From NCBI GenBank assembly GCA_035288985.1, contig DATDYP010000011.1, positions 7,673 to 71,672 of the forward strand: a DNA stretch of 64,000 nt, read 5' to 3'. The notes under the pieces were generated by a model. That model did no database searches. It was not told the origin of the DNA and saw only the letters and a program-made list of their open reading frames with translations. The DNA comes from Candidatus Nanoarchaeia archaeon. GTDB lineage: Archaea; Nanobdellota; Nanobdellia; Woesearchaeales; GW2011-AR9. The number at the start of each line of letters is the position of its first letter. Positions within the stretch are counted from its first letter, which is position 1. The translations under genes were made by a program, and so were the position numbers. Below are positions 47,486 to 56,338 of the stretch, piece by piece.

Positions 47486-48643
47486 ATGTTTTTAAAGAAG
47501 GAAAGTTCTGCCTGCATTTTAATGGACAATATTTTCTGGGGACTATCTGAAACAGTTGCACGATACGATCAAGAACAATTCCGCAGGTTCCTGTCCCTGC
47601 CTCCAGACCAGATCGAGCGAGCCTGCTGCGACGAGAAGGGAAGATTAAAGCATATCATCAGGGCGGAACATTTTGACCGGGAGTTTTTAGAAAAAATCTG
47701 CCAAACAGCAAATGCTGCACGGGTAATAGCCAAAAAAGAAGACAATTTCCTGAACGGATTGCTGCGCTCAAAATCAATTCTAAATTATTTCAGCCAGCCG
47801 AGTTCAAGAACGTTTCTTTCTTTTTCCATGGCCGAGGCTCACTTAGGTATGCGCAGGGAAGAAGTACGGGATGTAAAAACATCTTCTTCAGTAAAAGGCG
47901 AAACCGAACAAGACGGATTACGGACTAACTCCTCCTATTTCGATGCCATTGTCTGCAGGCACCCCAGCGACATTTATGATTTATTTGCAGTATGGGTGAT
48001 GAAAAATTGTGACCGCGAAGTGCCGATCATCAATGCCGGCTCGGGGAAAATGGAGCATCCTACACAAGGATTGTTAGACTATTACACGCTTTGGGAATCA
48101 TTTAAAGGAAAATTGAATGATCTGACAGTCCTCTATGTCGGAGACTGCCGGCGGGGAAGGACCGTTCATTCTTTAGCTAAAATACTGTCTTTACATGCTA
48201 ACCAAACAGCATTGTTCGTAGCTCCAGATGAGCTACAGATAGATTCCGAAACTGAACACTATGTCACAGGACGGGGAACAGTTGTCGGGAAAATAACCGA
48301 CAAGCCTTTACGAGAGCTTGTTCCCTTGGCAGATGTTGTGTATATGACCAGGATTCAAAATGAGCATGGCGGGGAGGGAAATTATAATCCAGATTTTATT
48401 TTCACTGAAGATATGCTAGATTCCATGAAACCTGGCGCAATACTGATGCATCCCCTTCCCAAGAGAGAAGAGATCGATCCTGCCGTAAATTACCGCCATA
48501 AGGATCCCAGAATAGCGTATTGGCGACAGATGCGAAATGGAATGTGGACCAGAGTGGCGCTGCTAGCCAATGTTTTTGGCGTTGATGACAGAATCATGGA
48601 ACACTACGCAGGAAGCATATCAGACGCCAAAGGACCAATCTAA
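47486..48643 (+). CDS. Aspartate/ornithine carbamoyltransferase-family protein (PyrB-like, divergent, N-terminal extension)
   Basis: HPTQGLLD and HPLPKREEID match ATCase motifs. The carbamoyl-phosphate motif STRTR is altered to SSRTF. About 45-55 extra N-terminal residues. No pyrI is adjacent. Confidence 0.55.
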   Translation: MFLKKESSACILMDNIFWGLSETVARYDQEQFRRFLSLPPDQIERACCDEKGRLKHIIRAEHFDREFLEKICQTANAARVIAKKEDNFLNGLLRSKSILNYFSQPSSRTFLSFSMAEAHLGMRREEVRDVKTSSSVKGETEQDGLRTNSSYFDAIVCRHPSDIYDLFAVWVMKNCDREVPIINAGSGKMEHPTQGLLDYYTLWESFKGKLNDLTVLYVGDCRRGRTVHSLAKILSLHANQTALFVAPDELQIDSETEHYVTGRGTVVGKITDKPLRELVPLADVVYMTRIQNEHGGEGNYNPDFIFTEDMLDSMKPGAILMHPLPKREEIDPAVNYRHKDPRIAYWRQMRNGMWTRVALLANVFGVDDRIMEHYAGSISDAKGPI

Positions 48644-48649
48644 ACTTGA

Positions 48650-49336
48650 CTAAATACTAACAGCTTTCCTCTTCTTATCAACAGTAACAACCCGCGCCTT
48701 CCCGCCGCAAAATGTTTCAATCAGTTCAACAGCTTCTTTAGTAATTATCTTCAGCTTCTTTCCTGTAAGAGGAGGGAGGAACTCAAAATGGATCAGGGCA
48801 GATGTAGTTGTCGGTGTTACTGCCGTAGCAGGATTCTTCCAGTAATCGAGTTTTGCGCCTAGAATCTGCTTTGAATCATGATAGTATAGTTCTCCTTTCT
48901 TCAACTTTACAGCGCTGCTCTTTTTTAGCGAGGAAGCGACAGTAAAGGTGATGTCGCCGGTAACTTTATCGAGATCATCAGCACCAAACGGGACAATATG
49001 CTTTAAGGCAAGATACCGCAGCAGATTAGTAAGAGTGTTGGAAGAGTGAATTTTCTTCTTGGCTAAAACATCTTTCAGGAGCTTTTCGACAGAGGTATGG
49101 TAATGTTTGGCAGCGCTGCCAAATTCCTGCCGCGCGACATTCCAGGGGCTGATAAGATGATGGCTCTTATAGGTATCCTTATTGAAAGTAAGGTGGATCA
49201 GTTTTTCTGCTTCAGCAAGAAGATGCCGTGACTCAGTAAGTTTCCGTTTGCAGTCAAGATCCTTAGCGATAATAAAAGCAATTTTCAGCTGCGGGTTGAG
49301 TACAGTAAAGGCAGATGCAGTGATGCTGAGTTTCAT
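48650..49336 (-). CDS. B3/4-domain protein, paralogue of 44852..45553
   Basis: 228 aa. HIVPFGADDLDKVTGDITFTVA aligns with HLVPVGGDDIDHVDGDITLTFA of the other copy. Confidence 0.55.
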   Translation of the reverse strand: MKLSITASAFTVLNPQLKIAFIIAKDLDCKRKLTESRHLLAEAEKLIHLTFNKDTYKSHHLISPWNVARQEFGSAAKHYHTSVEKLLKDVLAKKKIHSSNTLTNLLRYLALKHIVPFGADDLDKVTGDITFTVASSLKKSSAVKLKKGELYYHDSKQILGAKLDYWKNPATAVTPTTTSALIHFEFLPPLTGKKLKIITKEAVELIETFCGGKARVVTVDKKRKAVSI

Positions 49337-49357
49337 TTTTTAGAGTTAGTTAGATAT

Positions 49358-49759
49358 TTAGTCTTTTTTCGATTTTTTCTTCTCTGAATGTTCTTTCCAT
49401 CCCAATGAACGCAGAAGCCTTTGAAAGAAGCCATTGCGTGATCGTGAATGGGGAAGATTATAGTGTTTATTGAGATTATCCAGATCGTATCTGATATCTT
49501 TCAACAATTTCACGGTCTTGCGTTCGTAATGGATTCGAACCAAAATCAGGATGATGTAAAGACCAAATATTCCGCCAACGAGGACATTTGCTTTCCTTAT
49601 CAAAGGCTGGAGGGTATTGACCAGAGGCTGCAGCAAGGGATCGACTTCTTCGACGTTTGCTCCAAGTACGCTTGGTGGAAGTTCTTCGATGTCAATGGCT
49701 GCATGGACTGCGGGAATAAGAATCAGCATAACGAGCGAAAATAGGATTATTTGCTTCAT
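49358..49759 (-). CDS. Hypothetical membrane protein (signal peptide + TM)
   Basis: Trimmed to ATG 49759 (MKQIILFSLVMLILIPAVHA...), because the longer ORF-track version would run through the tRNA gene at 49850. Confidence 0.4.
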   Translation of the reverse strand: MKQIILFSLVMLILIPAVHAAIDIEELPPSVLGANVEEVDPLLQPLVNTLQPLIRKANVLVGGIFGLYIILILVRIHYERKTVKLLKDIRYDLDNLNKHYNLPHSRSRNGFFQRLLRSLGWKEHSEKKKSKKD

Positions 49760-49849
49760 GACACGCCTCTTTTGCTGAATAAGGGAAATATGATATTTAT
49801 ATGTATCGGAAAATTTTATAAAGAACTTAATGAAAAGTGCTTCATTCAC

Positions 49850-49973
49850 AGCCCCGTGGTGTAGAAAGGCGGTATAGAAAGGTAAACTGCCTTGCATAAT
49901 GGACTATCATAGTGCCCTTTGGTCTCTAGAGGGAAGATAGGCATTGACCTCGGTTCGAATCCGAGCGGGGCTA
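49850..49973 (+). tRNA. Intron-containing tRNA gene with unusual architecture (anticodon unresolved)
   Basis: Perfect 7-bp acceptor stem AGCCCCG/CGGGGCT with discriminator A. T-arm is CTCGG-TTCGAAT-CCGAG. A candidate anticodon stem TGCCT/AGGCA is separated by 46 nt, implying an intron of about 39 nt. A 5-nt variable loop is present. The D-region is about 12 nt too long, implying a second insertion. A TATA box (AAATTTTATAAAG) lies about 30 nt upstream and T6 downstream. Confidence 0.5.
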
Positions 49974-50128
49974 CTTTTTTCCTTAAAAAAATTACGCCCC
50001 GCTTTAGCAAGTTTCACCTAAATCTTTTTAAATAAAACATGATTTTAGAGTTCATTCAAGAGATAGGTCGGTCAAGGCTTACCTATACTGGAGAAAAGCT
50101 AGTTGCTTAATTCTCCGAGGATAATAAA

Positions 50129-50581
50129 ATGGCAAGAATGCATTCAAGAGCAAAAGGCTCAAGTGGAAGTAAAAAACCGATCAAAAAAGTACCGTCCTGG
50201 GCTCCTTACAAGGACAAGGATGTTGAAAAACTGGTTGTAAAGTATGCTAAAGCAGAGAAAAGCGCCTCAGAGATCGGCACTATCCTGCGGGACAGTTATG
50301 GCATTAACAGCGTCAAAGCCCTGACCGGAAAGACTGTTTCCACAATTCTTGAAGAAAATAAACTGCGGAAAGAGCTGCCTGAAGATTTATTGAGTCTCAT
50401 CAAAAAGATGATTGAAATCAAAAGGCATCTGGAAAAAAACAGGCTCGATCAGACTGCTCGTCGAGGACTGCTTCTGACCAGCTCTAAAATCAGGCGGCTG
50501 ACAAAATATTACAAAAGGACAGAAAGACTGCCGGCTGACTGGAAGCTAGACACGGAGAGGTTAAAAATCTACATCGGATAA
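50129..50581 (+). CDS. rps15: 30S ribosomal protein S15 (uS15, archaeal S15P/S13e type)
   Basis: MARMHSRAKGSSGSKKP N-terminus and the conserved C-terminal LLLTSSKIRRLTKYYKRTERLPADWK; 150 aa. Confidence 0.85.
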   Translation: MARMHSRAKGSSGSKKPIKKVPSWAPYKDKDVEKLVVKYAKAEKSASEIGTILRDSYGINSVKALTGKTVSTILEENKLRKELPEDLLSLIKKMIEIKRHLEKNRLDQTARRGLLLTSSKIRRLTKYYKRTERLPADWKLDTERLKIYIG

Positions 50582-50633
50582 GCATCTACAGATAAACGGT
50601 AGATTTATTAATTTCTTTCTTTTTCTTCTTTCT

Positions 50634-50861
50634 ATGAATTACAAGTTAAAATCACTTATAGTGCTCGTGGTTCTTCTTGGCGTAGTGGCTTCCTTAGGCA
50701 TGTTCATGAACGGGGGATCAATAACCGGAAGCAGCATCACACCAGACATTGCCTGCTACAATAACCAAGACTGTGATGACAGAACTGCCGGAACAGAAGA
50801 CGTTTGTAAAAATCCAGGAACAGAATTCTCTTTGTGCATCAATAGAAGAATAACAGATTAA
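50634..50861 (+). CDS. Small secreted Cys-rich peptide
   Basis: A signal/TM segment, then CYNNQDCDDRTAGTEDVCKNPGTEFSLC with four Cys; 75 aa. Confidence 0.4.
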   Translation: MNYKLKSLIVLVVLLGVVASLGMFMNGGSITGSSITPDIACYNNQDCDDRTAGTEDVCKNPGTEFSLCINRRITD

Positions 50862-51047
50862 GAATAATCAGTCAAGAGAAATTGTAAGAAAGACGCAGAA
50901 AAAAATAATAATTAGATTAAAAAAAAGATAAAAAAAATTTAAAGAAAAGCCCGGGATTTTCTAAAATCAAAAGTAGCGAAATCAATCGCAACATTCATCC
51001 TCAGCCATAAATGGTGAGGATTTCTGCTCTTTTGATTCAAACAAACC

Positions 51048-51341
51048 TTATAATTTTGATCTGATATTCTCGATGTTTGAAGCTATTTCCTGCCCCCTCT
51101 TGGTCAGCTCGAGCAGTTTCAAGCGTCCTTCTTTCTTAAACTTTATCAGGTCAGATTTCTGCATCTCCTGCAGAATCTTCACCACGTGGGAATACGTGCA
51201 GTCAATTTGCTTGGCCAGGACTGACGCATAGACGTTAGCGTTGGCATTCTTCAACTCTACCAGCATCATGGCTGGCTTCTCCCGAAAAAACACATCAAAT
51301 ATAGCTTTGTTCTTAATCAAGTTGGACACCCCCAAAACCAT
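51048..51341 (-). CDS. Winged-helix transcriptional regulator
   Basis: 97 aa. A helix-turn-helix (ASVLAKQIDCTYSHVVKILQEMQKSDLI) is followed by a wing and a C-terminal coiled coil. Divergently transcribed from the XPD-like gene. Confidence 0.5.
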   Translation of the reverse strand: MVLGVSNLIKNKAIFDVFFREKPAMMLVELKNANANVYASVLAKQIDCTYSHVVKILQEMQKSDLIKFKKEGRLKLLELTKRGQEIASNIENIRSKL

Positions 51342-51430
51342 CTACCTTTCCCCCAGATACCGGGCTTAGGACTTATATTTAAACATTTATCTATTCGAAT
51401 AGTTGTTTTGTAAAATCCACATGTATATAA

Positions 51431-53317
51431 ATGTATTGGAAGCAGTTCAGCTCAAGGATGAAGTTTTCAGAAGTATTTCCCCACGAGAGAATACGCCCCG
51501 GCCAGGATGCATTAATAAAAGACATAGAAGAAGCGCTGGACGGACAAAAAATTCTCCTTGCTCACGCGCCGACCGGGTTAGGAAAGACCGCAAGCGCACT
51601 GTCTGCGGCAGTCGCGTATGCGGCGGAGAAAAAGAAAAAAGTATTTTTCCTCACCAACAGGCATACCCAGCATCGCATTGCCGTGGAAACGTTGCGGCTC
51701 ATAAAAACGAAGAAGGGCAAAAATATCTCCTGCGTTGATCTCATCGGCAAGAGATGGATGTGCAGCCAGGAAATTGCCGGCCTCTTCGGCAACGAATTCA
51801 ATGAATTTTGCAAAACCATCGTCGAACGGGGGGAATGTGAGTTTTATAATAATGTTAAAAATAAAAAAGAGCTCACGGTCGAAGCAAAAAAAACTGTAAA
51901 AGAGGCGCAAATACAGGGGCCGTTACACAACGAGGAAATACTGGCTCTCGGCCGGCAGGAAAAAATGTGCAGTTATGAATTATCTCTCGCACTGGCAAAA
52001 GATGCGGTAGTGATCATAGGAGATTATTACTATCTCTTCAATCCCTTCGTCCAGGCAAACCTCATCAGCAAGCTAAGCATAGAGCTCGAGGATATTATCC
52101 TGATTGTTGATGAGGGACACAACCTGCCAGGAAGAATTTCAGAGATGTTGAGCATAGTACTTACCAGCAACGGCATCAAGAATGCTGTCCTGGAGGCAAA
52201 AAAATACGGGTACAACGGCCTGATCTTCTGGCTGCAGGAATTGATGCGCATCCTCCATGAAATGGGTAATTTTAGCAACACTGATACTGAGAGAGAAAAG
52301 CTTGTTTCCAGAACAGGTCTGATCTCACAAATCAATACTCTCGTCGATTATGATGAGTTTATCAACCAGCTGGAGATCGCCGCTGAGGAAATCAAAAAGA
52401 AGCAGCGCAAAAGCTATCTGGGAGGTATCGCACATTTCCTAAGTTCTTGGAAAGGGGAAGATGCTGGATTTGCCAGAATCATCTCCCAAAAGGCGGGGAT
52501 GTATGGAGAAGTGACAGCTCTCAGTTACCTGTGCCTTGATCCCAGACTGGTGAGCGGAGACATTTTCAACAAAGTTCATGCAGGAGTAGTGATGAGCGGA
52601 ACCCTGCAGCCGACCTTCATGTACAAGGACATTCTAGGAATCGAACGGGGAGTTGAAAGAGAGTACAATTCCCCATTTCCAGTAGAAAATAAATTAAGCT
52701 TGATCATTCCGGAAACAAGTACAAAATATACTGTACGCGGGGACGCAATGTACCGGAGAATTGCACAGATCTGTTCAAACCTAGCTGGGTCAATTCCTGG
52801 AAATGCGGCCTTCTTTTTTCCTTCCTACCAGCTCCGCGACAAGATTGCAAACTTCCTCACCATCAGAAAAAAATTGTTTTGGGAAAAAGCGGAGATGAGC
52901 AAGGAAGAGAAAGAAGCGCTGCTTTCCCAATTCAAAGCAGAAAAAGAAGCAGGGGGAGTTTTATTGGGAGTTACGGGCGCTAATTTTGCGGAGGGCGTCG
53001 ATTTCCCGGGAGATCTGCTGCAGGGAGTAGTGGTTGTCGGCCTGCCGCTGGCAAAGCCCGACCTCCGGACAAAAGAAGTGATAAAGTACTATGAAGAAAA
53101 GTTTGGTAAAGGCTGGGATTATGGATACATCTATCCGGCCATGTCAAAATGCATCCAATCTGCAGGACGATGCATCAGGAGCGAGACTGATAAAGGGGTT
53201 GTTATCTTCTTGGATGAAAGATTTACCTGGCAGAATTATTATAATTGCCTGCCCAGAGAAGGGCTGATAGTCAGCCGTGACTACGAAAAGCTGCTGAAAG
53301 AATTTTTTGGGAAATGA
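51431..53317 (+). CDS. XPD/Rad3-family Fe-S DNA helicase
   Basis: Walker A is HAPTGLGKTAS. The four-Cys Fe-S domain is (WMCSQE...FCKTIVERGECEF...C). DEAD_2 is IVDEGHNL, and helicase C-terminal motifs are present; 628 aa. The start could alternatively be 51458. Confidence 0.8.
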   Translation: MYWKQFSSRMKFSEVFPHERIRPGQDALIKDIEEALDGQKILLAHAPTGLGKTASALSAAVAYAAEKKKKVFFLTNRHTQHRIAVETLRLIKTKKGKNISCVDLIGKRWMCSQEIAGLFGNEFNEFCKTIVERGECEFYNNVKNKKELTVEAKKTVKEAQIQGPLHNEEILALGRQEKMCSYELSLALAKDAVVIIGDYYYLFNPFVQANLISKLSIELEDIILIVDEGHNLPGRISEMLSIVLTSNGIKNAVLEAKKYGYNGLIFWLQELMRILHEMGNFSNTDTEREKLVSRTGLISQINTLVDYDEFINQLEIAAEEIKKKQRKSYLGGIAHFLSSWKGEDAGFARIISQKAGMYGEVTALSYLCLDPRLVSGDIFNKVHAGVVMSGTLQPTFMYKDILGIERGVEREYNSPFPVENKLSLIIPETSTKYTVRGDAMYRRIAQICSNLAGSIPGNAAFFFPSYQLRDKIANFLTIRKKLFWEKAEMSKEEKEALLSQFKAEKEAGGVLLGVTGANFAEGVDFPGDLLQGVVVVGLPLAKPDLRTKEVIKYYEEKFGKGWDYGYIYPAMSKCIQSAGRCIRSETDKGVVIFLDERFTWQNYYNCLPREGLIVSRDYEKLLKEFFGK

Positions 53318-53372
53318 TTAGAAACCAACTCTGAAAAGATTCAATAAAAGTAAAATCTTTTTTGTTAGTATT

Positions 53373-53843
53373 ATGAAAAGGCCTAAAGAAGCATTCCATT
53401 GGATTGTTAAAATATTAAGAAAGAATAAAGTTCCTTTTAGAGTTACCGGCGGTCTTGCTGTTAATTGTTACGGTGTGAAGAGAAAGTTATTCGATATTGA
53501 TATAGATGTTCCTGATTACGCTCTACAGAAACTAATGCCTTTCTTCAAGAAGTTTAAACTCACTGGCCCTACACATTACAAAGATAAAGAATGGGATGTG
53601 AATTACCTATCTATAGATTATCACGGCCAGGATGTTGATTTAATCGGCAGCAACTCTCAAAAGATATTTAACAAAAATACTGGGAAATGGGAAAATGTCA
53701 AGATAAATTTATCTAAACCTCAACAGAAGAAGATTTTTGGACTAATCGTACCGGTTATTCCAAAGAATGAATTAATCAAATATAAAGCAAAAATTAAGAG
53801 AGATGTTGATCTTCTTGATGTTAAGGCTTTAACAGACAAATAA
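53373..53843 (+). CDS. Lnu/LinB-like small nucleotidyltransferase (lincosamide/aminoglycoside-NTase fold)
   Basis: FRVTGGLAVNCYGVKRKLFDIDIDVPD closely parallels the Lnu(A) motif LDGGWGVDVLTGKQQREHRDIDIDFD. 156 aa, AT-rich. Confidence 0.55.
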   Translation: MKRPKEAFHWIVKILRKNKVPFRVTGGLAVNCYGVKRKLFDIDIDVPDYALQKLMPFFKKFKLTGPTHYKDKEWDVNYLSIDYHGQDVDLIGSNSQKIFNKNTGKWENVKINLSKPQQKKIFGLIVPVIPKNELIKYKAKIKRDVDLLDVKALTDK

Positions 53844-53939
53844 TTAATTTTACTGATTTTTCTGTCCCACTCCCGCACGGTCAACTCCGGCTAAAGTATA
53901 TAAACTTCCTTCTCTCCCAAGTATAAGGGGTGGCTACCA

Positions 53940-54773
53940 ATGAATAAACTATCTGTATTTGAAGGAAAGAATGTACGAAGAATTTGGCATAAAGACGAAT
54001 GGTATTTCTCAGTTGTGGATGTTATTGAAGCACTTACGGATAGCTCTAATCCTCGAAATTATTGGAACATGCTCAAAGCAAGAGAGGCAGAGCAAGGAGT
54101 TGAACTGTACACAGTTTGTGTACAATTGAAATTAACAGCAGAAGACGGCAAACTGAGAGAAACCGACTGCGCCAATACTGAAGCATTATTCCGTATTATT
54201 CAGTCCATCTCTTCTCCTAAAGCAGAACCCTTCAAGTTATGGTTGGCGAAAACTGGGTACGAGCGCATCCAGGAAATAGAAAACCCTGAATTAGGACAAA
54301 ACAGAATCAAACAATATTATGAACTGAAAGGCTATCCCAAAGATTGGATTGACAAACGCCTTAGAGGTATTGCTATTAGGCAAGAACTTACCGATGAGTG
54401 GAAAAAGCGCGAGGTAACCCAAGAAAAGGATTTTGCTATACTTACCAATGAGATTAGTAAAGCAGCTTTTGGCAAAACGATAGAGGAATATAGACAGTTC
54501 AAGGGTTTAGCAAAACCCAATCAGAATTTGCGAGATCACATGAATGATTGGGAATTAATTTTAAACGTGATTGGCGAGAAAGCGACCACAGATATTACGA
54601 TTGCCAAAGATGCGAAGGGATTTCCAGAATTGAAGCATACTGCTAAAGAAGGAGGCGATATTGCTAAGAATACCAGAACAGAACTCGAACAAAAAATAGG
54701 AAAATCAATAGTTTCAAAAGAAAATTATGTTCATCTGATAGAAGAGAAGAGAAAGAAGAAATCAATATCATAA
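53940..54773 (+). CDS. DinD/Bro-N-family protein (DNA-damage-inducible protein D-like; phage antirepressor-type domain)
   Basis: N-terminal Bro-N-like VRRIWHKDEWYFSVVDVIEALTDSSNPRNYW. The C-terminal KGLAKPNQNLRDHMNDWELILNVIGEKATTDIT resembles DinD KGLKKNQKILDHMGSTELAANLF. Confidence 0.6.
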   Translation: MNKLSVFEGKNVRRIWHKDEWYFSVVDVIEALTDSSNPRNYWNMLKAREAEQGVELYTVCVQLKLTAEDGKLRETDCANTEALFRIIQSISSPKAEPFKLWLAKTGYERIQEIENPELGQNRIKQYYELKGYPKDWIDKRLRGIAIRQELTDEWKKREVTQEKDFAILTNEISKAAFGKTIEEYRQFKGLAKPNQNLRDHMNDWELILNVIGEKATTDITIAKDAKGFPELKHTAKEGGDIAKNTRTELEQKIGKSIVSKENYVHLIEEKRKKKSIS

Positions 54774-54804
54774 CCAATATAAACTCACGAAACTCTTTCT
54801 GTTT

Positions 54805-55665
54805 ATGAGAGATTATTATAAATCACAACTAATAATGGTGATGAAACGTGTTGAGAAGATTGCCATGCTCACCGCGTATGATTATTCTATGGCGGCGTTA
54901 GAATCAACAAACGGGGTTGATATGATTCTGGTTGGTGATTCTGCCAATTTTATTCTTAATGGGAGAGATACCACCCGAGGAATAACCATGGAGCAGATGG
55001 TAGAAATGGCAGAGCGGGTGGTTAATGGCGTTACTAAAGAAGGAAACGATTATGCCTTAGTCGTTGGCGATCTTCCTGCTGGATCATATGACACTATGGA
55101 GAGCGCTGTTGCTAATGCCAGAAAATTGTGGGCTGTAGGTGTTGATGCAGTAAAATTAGAAGGTGGTACAGAGAAACCCTATTTATCAGATATAATCAAA
55201 GCTATCGTTTCTCAAGGGATTCCCGTTCAAGGACATATTGGCTACACGCCGCAATCAGAAGAATTAACTGATAAAGGGATTGTTCAAGGTAAAACAGAAA
55301 AAAGTATAGAAAAACTGTTTGCCGATTATCATCTATTAGAAAAAGCAGGAGTTTTTTCCGTGGTTCTAGAATGTATTCCTTGGCAAGTTGCTCAACTGAT
55401 TACCGAAGGAGCGCGAGTTCCCACTATTGGCATAGGCGCAGGACCATACTGCGACGGACAAGTGTTAGTGTCGTATGATCTGCTTGGCCTGGGTACCGGA
55501 TTGGCAAGTAAGCCGGGAACATTTCCTAAATTTGTCTGGCAATATGATCTGAAAGCTCCCGAGGCAATTAGACGATATGTTGCTGACGTTAAGTCTGGAA
55601 GAATGCCAGATGTAGAGCATAGTTATGCTTTAGCTGACCAGAGAGTGTTGGAGAAGTTTAGATGA
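54805..55665 (+). CDS. panB: 3-methyl-2-oxobutanoate hydroxymethyltransferase (ketopantoate hydroxymethyltransferase)
   Basis: KIAMLTAYDYSMA, ILVGDS, and DAVKLEGG are present. The start could be the downstream ATG at 54835 or 54841. Confidence 0.8.
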   Translation: MRDYYKSQLIMVMKRVEKIAMLTAYDYSMAALESTNGVDMILVGDSANFILNGRDTTRGITMEQMVEMAERVVNGVTKEGNDYALVVGDLPAGSYDTMESAVANARKLWAVGVDAVKLEGGTEKPYLSDIIKAIVSQGIPVQGHIGYTPQSEELTDKGIVQGKTEKSIEKLFADYHLLEKAGVFSVVLECIPWQVAQLITEGARVPTIGIGAGPYCDGQVLVSYDLLGLGTGLASKPGTFPKFVWQYDLKAPEAIRRYVADVKSGRMPDVEHSYALADQRVLEKFR

Positions 55666-55924
55666 TTTTGTTAAAACCAGCCAGCAAGCGCTCTTAACAC
55701 TTGGTTCGCTTTGCCATCTTCTTCGCTGTTCTTATTGCTTCATCAATCGGCATAGCATCCTTAGAAGAATACAAGTATTCCTGTAACTGTTCTTCAATAG
55801 TTTTGCCCATTGTTTCAGAAATAGAGTAGGTATAAATTTCTTCCGAAAGACTTTTGCCACATCTTCCCAACCAGTATACAAAATAGTAACATTTATATAC
55901 TTATAGTGTTTTATTACGAAATGT

Positions 55925-56012
55925 GGCGAAAGTCACACGCGTTTAATCACGATGCGTATCAGGGTCCCACAGAATAGTTCTACCACCCTCACCCCCTCTT
56001 TGGGGCCCTGTT
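55925..56012 (+). ncRNA. Candidate small RNA (about 80 nt) with upstream TATA box and hairpin + T8 terminator
   Basis: TATA (CATTTATATACTTA) lies at 55892-55905. The 3' hairpin CCCC-CTCTTT-GGGG is followed by CCCTG and T8 (56005-56012). No ORF of 60 aa or more falls in the 570-bp gap. Confidence 0.3.
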
Positions 56013-56099
56013 TTTTTTGTAAAAAAAGAAAGCAAATGGCGATACTCAATTTGCTCCTAGCAATGAAGGACACCTTTCTGTTTATTCTAAAAAGAGCAG

Positions 56100-56245
56100 T
56101 GAGAAAATAACGCCGCTCTGGTTCTTGAAGAGTATACCCCCACTGCTCGCAGTGGGGATACGAAGCAAGACCAAAAACCCAGCAGCTACAGGGGTCATAT
56201 TATTTATCGCATAACCAGTAGCTTGCTGCGGGGTTTTTGATTGTT
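56100..56245 (+). ncRNA. Candidate structured RNA element: two strong hairpins ending in T5
   Basis: Hairpin CCCCACTG-CTCG-CAGTGGGG (about 56137-56156). A long imperfect hairpin CCCAGCAGCTAC...GTAGCTTGCTGCGGGG (about 56168-56240) is followed by TTTTTG. T-runs flank it on both strands. Confidence 0.3.
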
Positions 56246-56338
56246 ACTGTGCATAAGCCGAGTATATACTATATAATAACGATATGCAAAGAATATATAA
56301 GCTCTTATTCTCACCTGCCGTCAAAAGAGGCAGATGTT

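Noticed and set aside
55925-55975. RNase P-like strings GAAAGUC and ACAGAA
   Set aside because: The region is only about 80-100 nt long. The sequences that should form P4 are not complementary. No other conserved RNase P regions were found.
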